Origin: a cyanobacterium endosymbiont of Epithemia turgida isolate EtSB Lake Yunoko
GTDB lineage: Bacteria > Cyanobacteriota > Cyanobacteriia > Cyanobacteriales > Microcystaceae
Direction: 5' to 3'
NCBI RefSeq assembly: GCF_000829235.1
Contig: NZ_AP012549.1
Coordinates: forward strand, 390,001-422,000
DNA length: 32,000 bases
This document shows positions 8,186 to 18,261 of this stretch, piece by piece. Every line of letters starts with the position of its first letter. Positions within the stretch are counted from its first letter, which is position 1. A program made the translations under genes and the position numbers. Below the pieces are notes generated by a model, which was not told the DNA's origin, searched no databases, and worked only from the letters and a program-made list of their open reading frames with translations.

Positions 8186-10420
8186 CTATTTATTGACACG
8201 GTGAACATTGACTATATCACTTAAATTCCGAATTTGAGTGATAACATATTCTAATTGTTGACGATCACGAATATCAATTCGCAAGTTAATTATTGCAGGC
8301 TTACTACGACTGGTTTTTACCCCAGCATTACGAACATTAATGTTATTGTCACTGAGACGGGATAAAATATCCTTAAGGATTCCTACACGATCGAGAGCTT
8401 CAATAAAAATATCCACCGGATAGGTTTGGGTATATCTATTGTCTTCTGTGGGATTCCAACGAACTGGAATCAAGCGGTCACCAAGTACATCATTTATGTT
8501 AGAACATCCTTGACAGTGAATTGAAATACCTCTAGCCCCCTTTGTCACTATACCGATAATGGGTTCTCCGGGCAAAGGGTAACAGCAGCCAGCAATATTG
8601 TAAACTAACCCTTCAACGCCTATAATCGGAGATCTATTTTGCTTGACTGGACAAAAAGCAAGAGGAGAAGGGTTGGAAGCTCGAATTTTATCATTGGAAA
8701 TTTCTTCTTCTTGAACCTTAACAGTATTTTCTCTAAGTCGGTTAGCGACTTGGTTTAGGGTAATTTCTCCATACCCTAAAGCCGCTAGTAAGTCCTCAAC
8801 AGATTGATAATTAAAGCGTTCAGCGACACTTTGCATGGGATCAGATTTAAGCAAAGCATCTAAGCCATTTTTACCTAATTCCTTTTCTAACATCTCGCGT
8901 CCTCGGGAAAAATTTTCGTCTCGGTGTGATCGCTTATACCATTGACGAATACGATTTCGCGCACTGGGAGTCACTACAAAATTAAGCCAGTCTAAACTAG
9001 GGTGGGCGTTTTTCTGGGTAATAATTTCTACAATATCTCCATTATTAAGAGGAATATCTAAAACCGACCACTTTTCATTGACTCTTGCTCCTTTCATGTG
9101 GTTTCCGACTTCTGTATGGATACTATAGGCAAAATCAACGGGCGTAGCCCCTCGCGCTAGGGCAACTACATCTCCTTGAGGGGTAAAGACATAAACATCA
9201 TCATTAAAGAGATTATCTTTGAGAGTATCCACATATTCTTGAGCATCTTGGAGATCTTTTTGCCATTCGAGAAGTTGACGCAACCAGGTAAATTTTTTAT
9301 CCTCTTCAGAAAGAGTAGTATAGTTCGATTTCCCTGTCTCTTTATATTTCCAGTGAGCAGCGATCCCATATTCAGCTATGTGGTTCATCTCCAGGGTCCG
9401 AATTTGTACTTCTAGGGGACGACCCGTTAACCCCACTACCGTTGTATGAAGAGATTGATAACAGTTGGGTTTTGGTAGTCCAATATAATCCTTAAAACGC
9501 CCAGGAATTGGTTTAAATATGTCATGAACTACCGCTAAGGCCCGATAGCATTCCTCATTATTGTGAACAATGATTCTTAGAGCAGCAATGTCGTAAATTT
9601 GATGAAATCCTTTTTGCCGCCGCTGCATTTTATGATAAATTCCGTAAAGATGTTTGGGGCGAGCTTGTAAGTCCAACACTCGAATTCCAACACTTTCTAA
9701 GCGTTGACGTAAGGTTTCTTTTATTTTTTCTAAACGAGTTTCGCGATCACTACGTTTTTCGGCTACTAAGGATTGAATTTCTCGATAGGCTTCTGGTTCC
9801 AAATATTTAAAGGATAGATCTTCTAAGTCCCACTTCAACCGCCAAATTCCTAAACGATTTGCTAAAGGAGCAAAAATTTCTCTAGTTTCCAGGGCTATAC
9901 GTTTTTGCTTTTCTGGTTTAAGGTGTTCTAGGGTTCGCATATTGTGTAGGCGATCAGCTAATTTCACCACAATTACCCGAATATCTTTAGCCATTGCTAA
10001 GAACATCCGACGAAAATTTTCAGCCTGGTGTTCTGTTTTACTCGAAAAATTGAATTTAGATAGCTTAGTTACCCCTGCCACTAAGTTTTGTATTTCCTGC
10101 CCAAACTGTTCCTCAATTTGTTCTAGAGTGACATCCGTATCTTCTACTACGTCATGGAGAAATCCGGCCGCAATCATAGCTTTATCTCCACCTAAATCCC
10201 GCAATAACCCTGCTACAGCGATGGGATGTGCAATATATGGTTCTCCCGATTGACGATATTGTCCTTCATGTAGTTGATAGGCAAAATTGAACGCCCGACA
10301 GATTAGACCAATATCTTCATTATCTTGATCAGATTGATAGGTAACCAGAAATTGATTCAGCCAGTCAGGAAAAGATAGTTTAATATGTTCTGGTTCAGGA
10401 TAAGTAGCTACTAGGTTCAT
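8186..10420 (-). CDS. spoT: Bifunctional (p)ppGpp synthetase/hydrolase (RelA/SpoT homologue)
   Basis: It has an HD hydrolase domain (HDVVEDT), a RelA/SpoT synthetase domain (YRALAVVHDIFKPIPGRFKDYIGLPKPNCYQSLHTTV), a TGS region (VYVFTPQGDVVALARGATPVDFAY) and a C-terminal ACT domain. I placed the start at ATG 10420 (MNLVATYPEPEH); the ORF-track start at 10498 adds 26 hydrophobic residues of doubtful reality. Confidence 0.93.
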   Translation of the reverse strand: MNLVATYPEPEHIKLSFPDWLNQFLVTYQSDQDNEDIGLICRAFNFAYQLHEGQYRQSGEPYIAHPIAVAGLLRDLGGDKAMIAAGFLHDVVEDTDVTLEQIEEQFGQEIQNLVAGVTKLSKFNFSSKTEHQAENFRRMFLAMAKDIRVIVVKLADRLHNMRTLEHLKPEKQKRIALETREIFAPLANRLGIWRLKWDLEDLSFKYLEPEAYREIQSLVAEKRSDRETRLEKIKETLRQRLESVGIRVLDLQARPKHLYGIYHKMQRRQKGFHQIYDIAALRIIVHNNEECYRALAVVHDIFKPIPGRFKDYIGLPKPNCYQSLHTTVVGLTGRPLEVQIRTLEMNHIAEYGIAAHWKYKETGKSNYTTLSEEDKKFTWLRQLLEWQKDLQDAQEYVDTLKDNLFNDDVYVFTPQGDVVALARGATPVDFAYSIHTEVGNHMKGARVNEKWSVLDIPLNNGDIVEIITQKNAHPSLDWLNFVVTPSARNRIRQWYKRSHRDENFSRGREMLEKELGKNGLDALLKSDPMQSVAERFNYQSVEDLLAALGYGEITLNQVANRLRENTVKVQEEEISNDKIRASNPSPLAFCPVKQNRSPIIGVEGLVYNIAGCCYPLPGEPIIGIVTKGARGISIHCQGCSNINDVLGDRLIPVRWNPTEDNRYTQTYPVDIFIEALDRVGILKDILSRLSDNNINVRNAGVKTSRSKPAIINLRIDIRDRQQLEYVITQIRNLSDIVNVHRVNK

Positions 10421-10712
10421 AGAATAATGAATGGTTAACAGGGCGATAATAGACAGAACAAGACAACTATGGTAGCCGAAAGCAAAATTACTGTACAAAT
10501 TAACGATTGACTGCCGTTTAACGAAAAAAGTAATAAAAAAGGCGCCCAGAAACTAAATATGTGTTTTTTCTTTGTATCTTCTACAGAAAGACTAACTAAA
10601 AGAAATCAATGCTTGCTTGAATAGTTTTAGTCGAAGAAAAGGTTTAGTACCAATACAATTAACTTCTATGGTCTATCATAATTAAATATATCTTAGCTCG
10701 ATCCTGTTGTTT

Positions 10713-11060
10713 ATGTTATCGAAACCTCATCAAAAATTGTTAGCTTCCTTGATTACCCTCAAAGATCAAGTCATGATGAAGGACATAGACTCGAAACGAT
10801 TATCCCAAAATTTTCGAATGTTACAAGAAATTTTCCAAAATTATATTTTGGGAGCAACAACTGAGAATTTAGAGAATTCTGTTGTCTCTTCTTGGCAATC
10901 TATCCAGACTGAAATCCATCGGACGTTACGCTTGTTGATAACTGATTTTCTATTTTTACAGTCTTCCCACAAGCGAAGTACAGAAGAACAACGATTAGAA
11001 ATCGTGCTTGATCACATTGAAAAACTGATAGGTTATTGTCAAGTTATTCTAAATAGGTAA
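10713..11060 (+). CDS. Hypothetical protein (about 115 aa)
   Basis: ORF with the first ATG at 10713 (the track start 10707 is TTG). It is predicted helical with non-random composition and a convergent terminator-like hairpin downstream. It vaguely resembles small conserved cyanobacterial proteins, but I cannot name the family with confidence. Confidence 0.55.
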   Translation: MLSKPHQKLLASLITLKDQVMMKDIDSKRLSQNFRMLQEIFQNYILGATTENLENSVVSSWQSIQTEIHRTLRLLITDFLFLQSSHKRSTEEQRLEIVLDHIEKLIGYCQVILNR

Positions 11061-11078
11061 CTTTTTAAAAAAATTATT

Positions 11079-11105
11079 GGGGAAAAAATGCTATTTTTAT
11101 TCCCC
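11079..11105. terminator. Candidate bidirectional terminator hairpin between convergent genes
   Basis: ggggaaaaaa-tgcta-tttttattcccc: a GGGGAA/TTCCCC stem extended by A/T pairs with one bulge. On the minus strand, T7 follows within 6 nt (downstream of the M16 peptidase gene). It sits in the 56-bp gap between stops at 11060 and 11117. Confidence 0.4.
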
Positions 11106-11116
11106 ATATATGGATA

Positions 11117-12655
11117 TTATTTTGTTTTAGATAAAATACGACCAATAGTTTTATTTTCAGGAATAAACGTTTTTTTAGCTACTCGTTTAATGTCTGCTGC
11201 ACTCACCGCTTCAATAGCTGTTAATTGATCAAAAAGATTGCGCCAACTTCCAGTTTTAACTTCATATTCAATCAATGATCGAGCCATACCTAAATTAGAG
11301 TCGAGCGATCGCACTAAGGCTGCCCTAAGTTTAGTTTTTACTCTTTGCAATTCTTGATCGGTGACAAATTCTTGCTTTAATCGTTCAATTTCTTGTTCCA
11401 AGGCTTCACCTACTTGGTTAACTGTACTATTAGGAGCAGTCTGAGCATAAAACAACATTAAATTAGGATATTTATCTCCTGGAAATCCATTAAAACCTTG
11501 AGCAACTAAAGCCACTTTTTTCTCCTCAACCAGGGACTTATAAAGACGAGATGTCCGTCCTGAACTTAATAAAGTTGCCATCACTTCATAGACAGCATGA
11601 TCAGGGTGAGTAATCGCCGGGCGGTGATATCCTTCAAGATACCAGGGTTGAGACAGTAATTCCAGGGTAATTTCTTTGGCTTCAGTTTGTCGAGGTTCTA
11701 TTTCAGTTACTCTTGGCGGTTTAGGTTTAGCTGAATAACGACTGAAATAAACTTGGGCTAATTGTTTAACTCGTTTGGGACTCACATCTCCTACAATGGC
11801 GAAAGTTAAATTATCAGGAACATAATAAGTCTCGAAGAATTGCCGGACATCTTCACGGGTCAGACCAGTAATATCTTGATTATAACCAATAACAGGGCGT
11901 TTATAAGGATGTTTAGCAAAGGCGATATCAAGAAATGCCTCCACCATTTTACCAATAGGACTATTATCAGTTCTGAGGCGACGTTCTTCCAAAATAACGT
12001 CCTGTTCTTTATAAAATTCTCGGAAAACAGGTTCTAAAAATCGTTCTGATTCCAGCGACATCCAAAGTTCCAATTTATTCGACGGAAAACTATAAAAATA
12101 GGTCGTCCAATCACTCGAAGTCGCTGCATTCATCCCAACTCCTCCGGCCGTTTCCACAATTTGACCAAAGGCATTTTGCTGAACGTATTGGTTAGCTTCT
12201 GTCTGAACTTTTTGGAATTCTTGAACTAATTGTTCAACTTCTTTGATTTTCCCCGCAGCTTGAGCGGCTTTCATTTGAGAAAATAGGGTATCTAGTCGCT
12301 CTAAAAGAGGCTTTTCTGCTGTGTAATTGGTGGTTCCAATGTCTTTCGTCCCTTTAAACGCTAAATGTTCTAAAAAATGAGCGACCCCTGTCTTGCCATC
12401 AGGTTCATCTACCCCTCCCACATCAGCATAAGTTACGAAAGACACCACAGGTGCGTCATGATTTTCCATGACGATGAACTTCATGCCATTATCGAGTTTA
12501 AATTCCGTTATTTGTTCAATCGCTCTATTAAGATAAGGTGTAATTGATTGGTTGGCTATTGGAGTGGAAGAATTATTAGAAAGTGGTTGAGCAATAACTG
12601 GAACACTACTCCAAAGAAGAAATAGCAAGCTGAGGGTTGCAAAAGAATAGCGCAT
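11117..12655 (-). CDS. M16 (pitrilysin/insulinase) family zinc peptidase, secreted
   Basis: It has the inverted zinc motif HFLEH (GVAHFLEHLAFKG) and two M16 domains. An N-terminal signal peptide MRYSFATLSLLFLLWSSVPVIAQP appears if the start is ATG 12655. Upstream in-frame ATGs reach 12700. Confidence 0.9.
   Translation of the reverse strand: MRYSFATLSLLFLLWSSVPVIAQPLSNNSSTPIANQSITPYLNRAIEQITEFKLDNGMKFIVMENHDAPVVSFVTYADVGGVDEPDGKTGVAHFLEHLAFKGTKDIGTTNYTAEKPLLERLDTLFSQMKAAQAAGKIKEVEQLVQEFQKVQTEANQYVQQNAFGQIVETAGGVGMNAATSSDWTTYFYSFPSNKLELWMSLESERFLEPVFREFYKEQDVILEERRLRTDNSPIGKMVEAFLDIAFAKHPYKRPVIGYNQDITGLTREDVRQFFETYYVPDNLTFAIVGDVSPKRVKQLAQVYFSRYSAKPKPPRVTEIEPRQTEAKEITLELLSQPWYLEGYHRPAITHPDHAVYEVMATLLSSGRTSRLYKSLVEEKKVALVAQGFNGFPGDKYPNLMLFYAQTAPNSTVNQVGEALEQEIERLKQEFVTDQELQRVKTKLRAALVRSLDSNLGMARSLIEYEVKTGSWRNLFDQLTAIEAVSAADIKRVAKKTFIPENKTIGRILSKTK
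11305..11312. repeat. HIP1 octamer GCGATCGC
   Basis: Exact match, inside the M16 peptidase CDS. Confidence 0.9.
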
Positions 12656-13218
12656 AGGAAGCGATCGAGTTGAAGAGTTTATTACCATTGATGCCATCAA
12701 AGAAAACGACGTTTAGAATCTCTTTTCTAGGATATCGAGATTTAAAAATGATAGCAGGGAGTCATAGGGTGATTAAGTCGTTTCTATGAAAAAGGATTAT
12801 TTGTTACAATGTGAGTGGGTCAAAATATAACTGAGATATTGATTTGATAATAAAAAAAGTGTTCAAATCTCTAATATAGATCATACACATTACAAAATAC
12901 CTCTGTAAGATCAAGACGAAATTTTAATTTAATATCTACCCCATCAGACTTCAATGAAATGTTGCTTCTAGGATCAATCTACTGCTTCCTCTTCTCTCAA
13001 GTTTATGTCGGACTCATGTTTTTAGAAAATCTTCTCTGTCGCTACACAGGAAACTTATTTTATTTAGTGCTACCTTGTCTAAGTTAAACCTGAATTTTCT
13101 CCTCTTCTCCGCTACTGTCAAACACTTCCCGAACCCAAAGCAATTTTTAATTTTACTGGATAAGTCTTGAAGAAGCAAGATATAATTTGTTACAAAACAG
13201 ATTAGAGAAAATTTTGTA

Positions 13219-13533
13219 ATGAGTAATCCAGTACTTCATGCCTTTTTCTTAGGCCGAGCTTTTGCTGAAGTCCTTAGTGAGAAAATAGAAGAGAACTTTA
13301 CTAATGCCCTCAGCGAATTGGGCAGATTTGACGCAGAACAACGCGAACAACTGCGGCAATTTATCGAAGAAGTACAAACAAGAGCTAAAGTCGATGTTGC
13401 TCCAGAAAAAACTGTTAACACTACCCATAGTGAAGATTTTCCCATCGATTTACAAGAGACAATAGACAATTTACGTGCTGAAATCGCTCGTCTGAAAGCA
13501 GAATTAAAAATTTATCGCGTTCAAAAAACATAA
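13219..13533 (+). CDS. Hypothetical coiled-coil protein (104 aa)
   Basis: ATG ORF with a charged, heptad-like C-terminus ([16 protein letters not shown]). It lies 66 bp upstream of the ABC1 kinase gene and is co-oriented with it. Family not recognised. Confidence 0.6.
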   Translation: MSNPVLHAFFLGRAFAEVLSEKIEENFTNALSELGRFDAEQREQLRQFIEEVQTRAKVDVAPEKTVNTTHSEDFPIDLQETIDNLRAEIARLKAELKIYRVQKT

Positions 13534-13599
13534 TTATTTCTTTATAGCTCTCATTTTCTCACCCTATTAGCCTAAGTTACTCTTAGCACCACAAATCGA

Positions 13600-15351
13600 G
13601 TGTTTCCCCTGTCCTTCAATGTCAACCGTTTCTATTCCACAAAAACTACTTTAGTCTCTAACTACGTGACCGAATTAGAAAATAAACAACAATTCCGTTG
13701 GAATCAGGAAAAATACTCTATTAATCGCCGTCGTCTGGACATTTGGTGGTTCATGTTGACCTTATTTACCCAATTTTGGCTCAATGGTAAAAAATGGAGC
13801 TATCGAGGGGGCTATAGTGAAGAAAAAGAGACCGCCCGACGGCAAAGACAAGCGGTGTGGATTAGAGAAAATTTATTCAATCTCGGACCAACTTTTATTA
13901 AAATAGGTCAATTGTTCTCTACTCGTGCCGATTTATTCTCTGCCGAATATGTTGCGGAACTGGCAAAACTTCAAGATGAAGTTCCGGCTTTCGCCTACGA
14001 ACAAGTTAAAGCTATTATTGAAAGGGATTTTAGTAAACCACTTCCTAAACTATTCCATAATTTTACTTCAATCCCTATTGCAGCAGCTAGTTTAGGTCAA
14101 GTCCATAAAGCTCAACTCCATTCAGGAGAGGAAGTAGTCGTTAAAGTTCAACGGCCAGGGTTAAAACAACTCTTTACTATTGACCTAGCGATTCTAAAAC
14201 ATATTACCCACTATTTTCATAACCATCCTCGTTTGAGGAAAGGACGAGACTGGACCGGGATATATGAAGAATGCTGCCGTATTCTCTGGTTAGAAACTGA
14301 TTACCTTAACGAAGGACAAAATGCGGATACCTTTCGTCGTAATTTTCGTGACGAAAATTGGGTTAAAGTCCCCCGAATTTACTGGCGTTACACTTCCCCC
14401 CGTGTCTTAACTCTTGAATATATGCCGGGAATTAAGATTAGCCATTATGAAAAACTCGAAGCAGCCGGATTAAATCGTAAAATCTTGGCTAGACTAGGAG
14501 CAAAAGCTTATTTGTACCAATTGCTTAACAGTGGATTTTTCCATGCCGATCCCCATCCGGGAAATATTGCTGTAAGTACGGATGGAGCCTTAATTTTTTA
14601 TGATTTTGGTATGATGGGACGTATTAACGCGAACGTCCGCGAGAAGTTAATGGATGCTTTGTTTGGGATTGCTCAAAAAGATGCTGCTAGAGTGGTCTCG
14701 TCTTTAGTAGCTCTCGATACCTTAAGTCCTGCAGACGATATGGGGCCAGTGCGTCGTTCCATTCAATTCATGCTCGATAATTTTATGGACAAACCCTTTG
14801 AGGAAAAGTCAATTAGTCAAATTAGTGATGACTTGTATGAACTTATCCATAATCAACCCTTCCTCTTTCCAGCAACTTTTACCTTTGTTATACGTGCGTT
14901 TTTAACAATAGAAGGGATAGGAAAAGGGTTAGATCCAGACTTTAATTTCATGGAGGTGGCACAACCGTTTGCCATGGAACTTATGACTGATATCAATGGA
15001 AATAGCGAAACTAACATTCTCAATGAATTAGGACGGCAAGCGATTCAGGTGAGCAATATAACGTTAGGATTACCGCGACAAATTAACGATACAATGAAAA
15101 AATTAGAGAGCGGTGATATTCGCGTAAGAGTACGCTCAGTTGAATCTGATCGTCTATTGCGTCGCTTAGGTATGATACAGATGGGGACTAACTATACTAT
15201 TCTCACCAGTGCTTTAGTCATATCTGCAGCCCTTTTATTTGTCAACGGTTCGCTTCTTTTGGCAATAGCCACAATCATGATGGCATCGGTTCCAACATGG
15301 GCTTTATTTTGCTTACTGCGTCGTCTTAATAGTCTAGATTTGATGTTCTAG
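13600..15351 (+). CDS. ABC1/UbiB-family atypical protein kinase with C-terminal transmembrane helices
   Basis: ABC1 hallmarks are present: LGPTFIKIGQLFSTRADLFS, AAASLGQVHKAQL...VVVKVQRPG, FFHADPHPGNI, IFYDFGMMG. There is a hydrophobic C-terminal tail. The first in-frame ATG (codon 52) would delete conserved N-terminal sequence, so a non-ATG start is implied (GTG 13600 or GTG 13666). Confidence 0.9.
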   Translation: MFPLSFNVNRFYSTKTTLVSNYVTELENKQQFRWNQEKYSINRRRLDIWWFMLTLFTQFWLNGKKWSYRGGYSEEKETARRQRQAVWIRENLFNLGPTFIKIGQLFSTRADLFSAEYVAELAKLQDEVPAFAYEQVKAIIERDFSKPLPKLFHNFTSIPIAAASLGQVHKAQLHSGEEVVVKVQRPGLKQLFTIDLAILKHITHYFHNHPRLRKGRDWTGIYEECCRILWLETDYLNEGQNADTFRRNFRDENWVKVPRIYWRYTSPRVLTLEYMPGIKISHYEKLEAAGLNRKILARLGAKAYLYQLLNSGFFHADPHPGNIAVSTDGALIFYDFGMMGRINANVREKLMDALFGIAQKDAARVVSSLVALDTLSPADDMGPVRRSIQFMLDNFMDKPFEEKSISQISDDLYELIHNQPFLFPATFTFVIRAFLTIEGIGKGLDPDFNFMEVAQPFAMELMTDINGNSETNILNELGRQAIQVSNITLGLPRQINDTMKKLESGDIRVRVRSVESDRLLRRLGMIQMGTNYTILTSALVISAALLFVNGSLLLAIATIMMASVPTWALFCLLRRLNSLDLMF

Positions 15352-15396
15352 TTCTTGTTTATCACTATTGTAAATTGTTTAGTAGTTAACTCACCA

Positions 15397-16182
15397 ATGA
15401 TAAATCGTAGGTTCACGGGTCTAACTGATACAGGTGTCGTGCGATCAGTTAACCAAGATAATTTCTATATCGACCCTGGAGGGCGGTTTTTTATTGTAGC
15501 TGACGGTATGGGAGGCCATGCTGGAGGAGAAGAAGCAAGCTTAATTGCTACTCGAGAGATTCAAGCCTATCTTGAGACTCATTGGAAATCTGATATTCCT
15601 TCTCGTATTCTCCTTGAACAAGCTTTTTTAGAAGCTAATAAAGCAATTCTCATTGATCAACAAGATCATCCTGAACGAGTAGACATGGGAACAACGGCTT
15701 TGGCGATTATTTTCCGAGATAATCAGCCCTGGCGAGCCCATATTGGAGATTCTCGCCTTTATCGCTTCCGTGACATTGAGCTTGAGCAAATTACAGAGGA
15801 TCATACTTGGGTAGCAAGGGCATTAAAAATGGGTAATATTACTCGAGAACAGGCGACAACTCATCCTTGGCGACACGTTCTTTTCCAATGTTTAGGGCGT
15901 AAGGACGTTAATACCATTGAAATTGTCCATCTGGATGTTCAATCTGGTGATCGCTTATTGCTATGCAGTGATGGGTTAACAGAAGAAGTCTCTGATGAAA
16001 CCATTGAGCAGCTTTTAAAACAACAAAGATCTTGTGAAATAGTTGCTCAAAATCTCGTAGAAACAGCTAAAAAAGCTGGGGGGTCGGATAATATTACAGT
16101 AGTTATTGTTGTTGAAGAGGGAGAAACTCAGAGAGTTCAAGGAGATGACCTTGATACTAGAGTTGATATAAGAGGTATTTGA
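15397..16182 (+). CDS. pphA: PP2C-type Ser/Thr phosphatase, probable PII phosphatase PphA orthologue
   Basis: Motifs FFIVADGMGGHAGGEEAS, DMGTTA, HIGDSRLY, HPWRHVLFQCLGR, GDRLLLCSDGLTEE and GGSDNITVV closely match my recollection of PphA/tPphA. It lies directly downstream of an ABC1 kinase gene, as pphA (sll1771) does next to sll1770 in Synechocystis 6803. I placed the start at ATG 15397. The PP2C call is firm; PphA orthology is about 0.75. Confidence 0.88.
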   Translation: MINRRFTGLTDTGVVRSVNQDNFYIDPGGRFFIVADGMGGHAGGEEASLIATREIQAYLETHWKSDIPSRILLEQAFLEANKAILIDQQDHPERVDMGTTALAIIFRDNQPWRAHIGDSRLYRFRDIELEQITEDHTWVARALKMGNITREQATTHPWRHVLFQCLGRKDVNTIEIVHLDVQSGDRLLLCSDGLTEEVSDETIEQLLKQQRSCEIVAQNLVETAKKAGGSDNITVVIVVEEGETQRVQGDDLDTRVDIRGI

Positions 16183-16515
16183 AATGGACTTTAATTAGCA
16201 TAAATTACTGTTTCATAATTTTTTTAGACAAGATCAGGGTAGTAATTATAAATTGTTTACACTGTTAGCCTTGTTTCTCAAAGTCGATATAGGCGTAACC
16301 TATTTATCTAAAGGTTGAATAGTTTTCTTAGCTTTAGGTCAATTTATAGTCCTTTAATTTTTTTAAAAATCTTTAGGTTGTTTATAATTTTTGTTTGAAT
16401 ATAACTCATAAATTCCGGCGAGTAGCTAACTCTACATAAACATTAGTATTTTTTACCCCTATGTTTAAGCGCAATTAAAGTTCAATCCTACTTGGTAAAT
16501 TTCAATGGTCTTTTT

Positions 16516-17019
16516 TTATTGACTGTGATGTTGATCATCATTAACTAACTGAGATAAAGTTCTCTCACTTACTCGACATATACGCCAGTCAGGTAATATA
16601 TCAGCACCCATTTTCTTGTAAAATCCAATAGCGAGACTATTCCAATCTAAAACACTCCACTCTAACCGTCCTGCCCCTCGTTTAACAGCTAATTGAGCTA
16701 AATAAATCAATAAAGATTTTCCAACTCCTTGACGACGATAATCAGGTAAGACAAATAAATCCTCGACATAAATTCCTGGCTTAGTCAAAAAGGTAGAATA
16801 ATTGGGAAAAAAGACAGAAAACCCTACACATTGAGTTCCCCATTGTGCCACAATAGCTTCTATATAGGGTCTTTTGCCAAATAAATGTTCCCGCAACATC
16901 TCTGCATCTCCTGTTACTTTATGAGAGAGCTTTTCATACTCAGCCAAGGCTTGAATTAGCGAAAATAAGTCTACAATATCTGATGGTTGAGCAGAACGTA
17001 TTCTGAGATTTTTGTTCAT
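16516..17019 (-). CDS. GNAT-family N-acetyltransferase
   Basis: 167-aa ORF with the acetyl-CoA binding motif RRQGVGKSLL and the typical GNAT fold order (VLPDYRRQGVG...LEWSVLDWN...FYKKMGA). Confidence 0.9.
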   Translation of the reverse strand: MNKNLRIRSAQPSDIVDLFSLIQALAEYEKLSHKVTGDAEMLREHLFGKRPYIEAIVAQWGTQCVGFSVFFPNYSTFLTKPGIYVEDLFVLPDYRRQGVGKSLLIYLAQLAVKRGAGRLEWSVLDWNSLAIGFYKKMGADILPDWRICRVSERTLSQLVNDDQHHSQ

Positions 17020-17133
17020 AAATTTTATTTCAGGTAACAGTGAACAGCAGCCTTTCGAGACCTCTTTTTAGACTAGCCTAAACTGCTACTTTGTCCACGA
17101 TAATCTACTGATTCACTGTCAATTACTCAATAA

Positions 17134-18261
17134 CTAATGTAACCATCCTTTTAAACGACGAGCAACCTGGGGACGACGTAATTTCCGCATGGCTTTACTT
17201 TGAATCTGACGTACTCGTTCACGAGATAGATTAAACATTCCACCTACCTCTTCCAAGGTGTGGGGTTGACTAGTGGATAATCCATAGCGTAGAGAAATTA
17301 CATCTTTTTCCCGTTCAGTAAGAACATCACTTAACACCGCTGATATCTCATAGCGTAACATTCCTTCACTCATTTGTTCTTCAGGAAGTTGTAGCTCCTG
17401 ATCTTCAAGTAAGTCCAGCAGTTCTGTATCTTCTCCTTTCCCAACGCGATGGTTTAACGAAAGAGATTGTCTGCGCAATTGAAGTAACTGGCGCAGTTGA
17501 GGTGGTGTCACTTCTAACTCCATAGCTAGTTCCTTTTCGTTAGGGTTGCGCTGCAAGTTTTGCTTCAAAACGCGCTGTGCTTTTTTGAGTTTGTTAAGCT
17601 TCTCAACAATGTGAATCGGTAAGCGAATCGTCCGTGCATCATTGGCAATAGTACGAGTAATGGCTTGACGAATCCACCAATAGGCATAGGTAGAAAACTT
17701 ATAGCCTTTATTTGGATCAAATTTTTCAGCTGCCCGATTTAAGCCAATAGCTCCTTCTTGAATCAAATCTAGAAAAGGAACCCCTCGATTAAGGTATCGT
17801 TTTGCAATAGAAACTACTAACCTTAAATTCGAGCGAATCATTTTCCGTTTGGCAGTACGTCCTCGATAAAGACGACTTTCAAACTGCCGTTGGACATCAA
17901 ATCCCATCGCTTCGGCTAATTCCTCTTTGGTCGGAAAACGCTGCAGTTCTTCTTTAAGTTTTTGACGTGTTTCTTCTGTTTGAACTAAAAATTGAATATT
18001 ATTAGCTAATTCAACTTCTTCTTCGGGCCCTAATAGGGGATACCGTGACATTTCTTTAAAAAATGTTCCTATAGTGTCATCTGAAACTGCCTTGCGGTAT
18101 TCATTGGAGTGCTGATTGCTCAATTCATTAGATAAAGACGAGAACTCAACTTCAATCGCTTGAAAATTAGTATCAACTTGATCAATATTATCTGGCTCAA
18201 AGACTTCTTGAGGCAATGGAGCAGTTAAAGAATGGTCTTGGAGCATTTGAGTCATGTTCAT
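17134..18261 (-). CDS. RNA polymerase sigma-70 family factor (RpoD-like, probably group 2)
   Basis: Region 1.2/2 ([59 protein letters not shown]), region 3 ([16 protein letters not shown]) and region 4.2 HTH ([28 protein letters not shown]) are present. I placed the start at ATG 18261 (MNMTQM...); the upstream extension to 18330 is hydrophobic and implausible. Confidence 0.9.
   Translation of the reverse strand: MNMTQMLQDHSLTAPLPQEVFEPDNIDQVDTNFQAIEVEFSSLSNELSNQHSNEYRKAVSDDTIGTFFKEMSRYPLLGPEEEVELANNIQFLVQTEETRQKLKEELQRFPTKEELAEAMGFDVQRQFESRLYRGRTAKRKMIRSNLRLVVSIAKRYLNRGVPFLDLIQEGAIGLNRAAEKFDPNKGYKFSTYAYWWIRQAITRTIANDARTIRLPIHIVEKLNKLKKAQRVLKQNLQRNPNEKELAMELEVTPPQLRQLLQLRRQSLSLNHRVGKGEDTELLDLLEDQELQLPEEQMSEGMLRYEISAVLSDVLTEREKDVISLRYGLSTSQPHTLEEVGGMFNLSRERVRQIQSKAMRKLRRPQVARRLKGWLH

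Noticed and set aside
9166-10253. ORFs 9166-9369 (-), 9176-9415 (+) and 9942-10253 (+)
   Set aside because: They are alternative-frame or antisense ORFs embedded in spoT, with no independent signals and implausible sequences.
11840-12037. 65-aa ORF on the + strand
   Set aside because: It is antisense inside the M16 peptidase gene.
13236-13469. 77-aa ORF on the - strand
   Set aside because: It is antisense to the 104-aa coiled-coil ORF. The Ser/Cys-rich composition looks like a shadow frame, and the + strand ORF has the better ATG and operon context.
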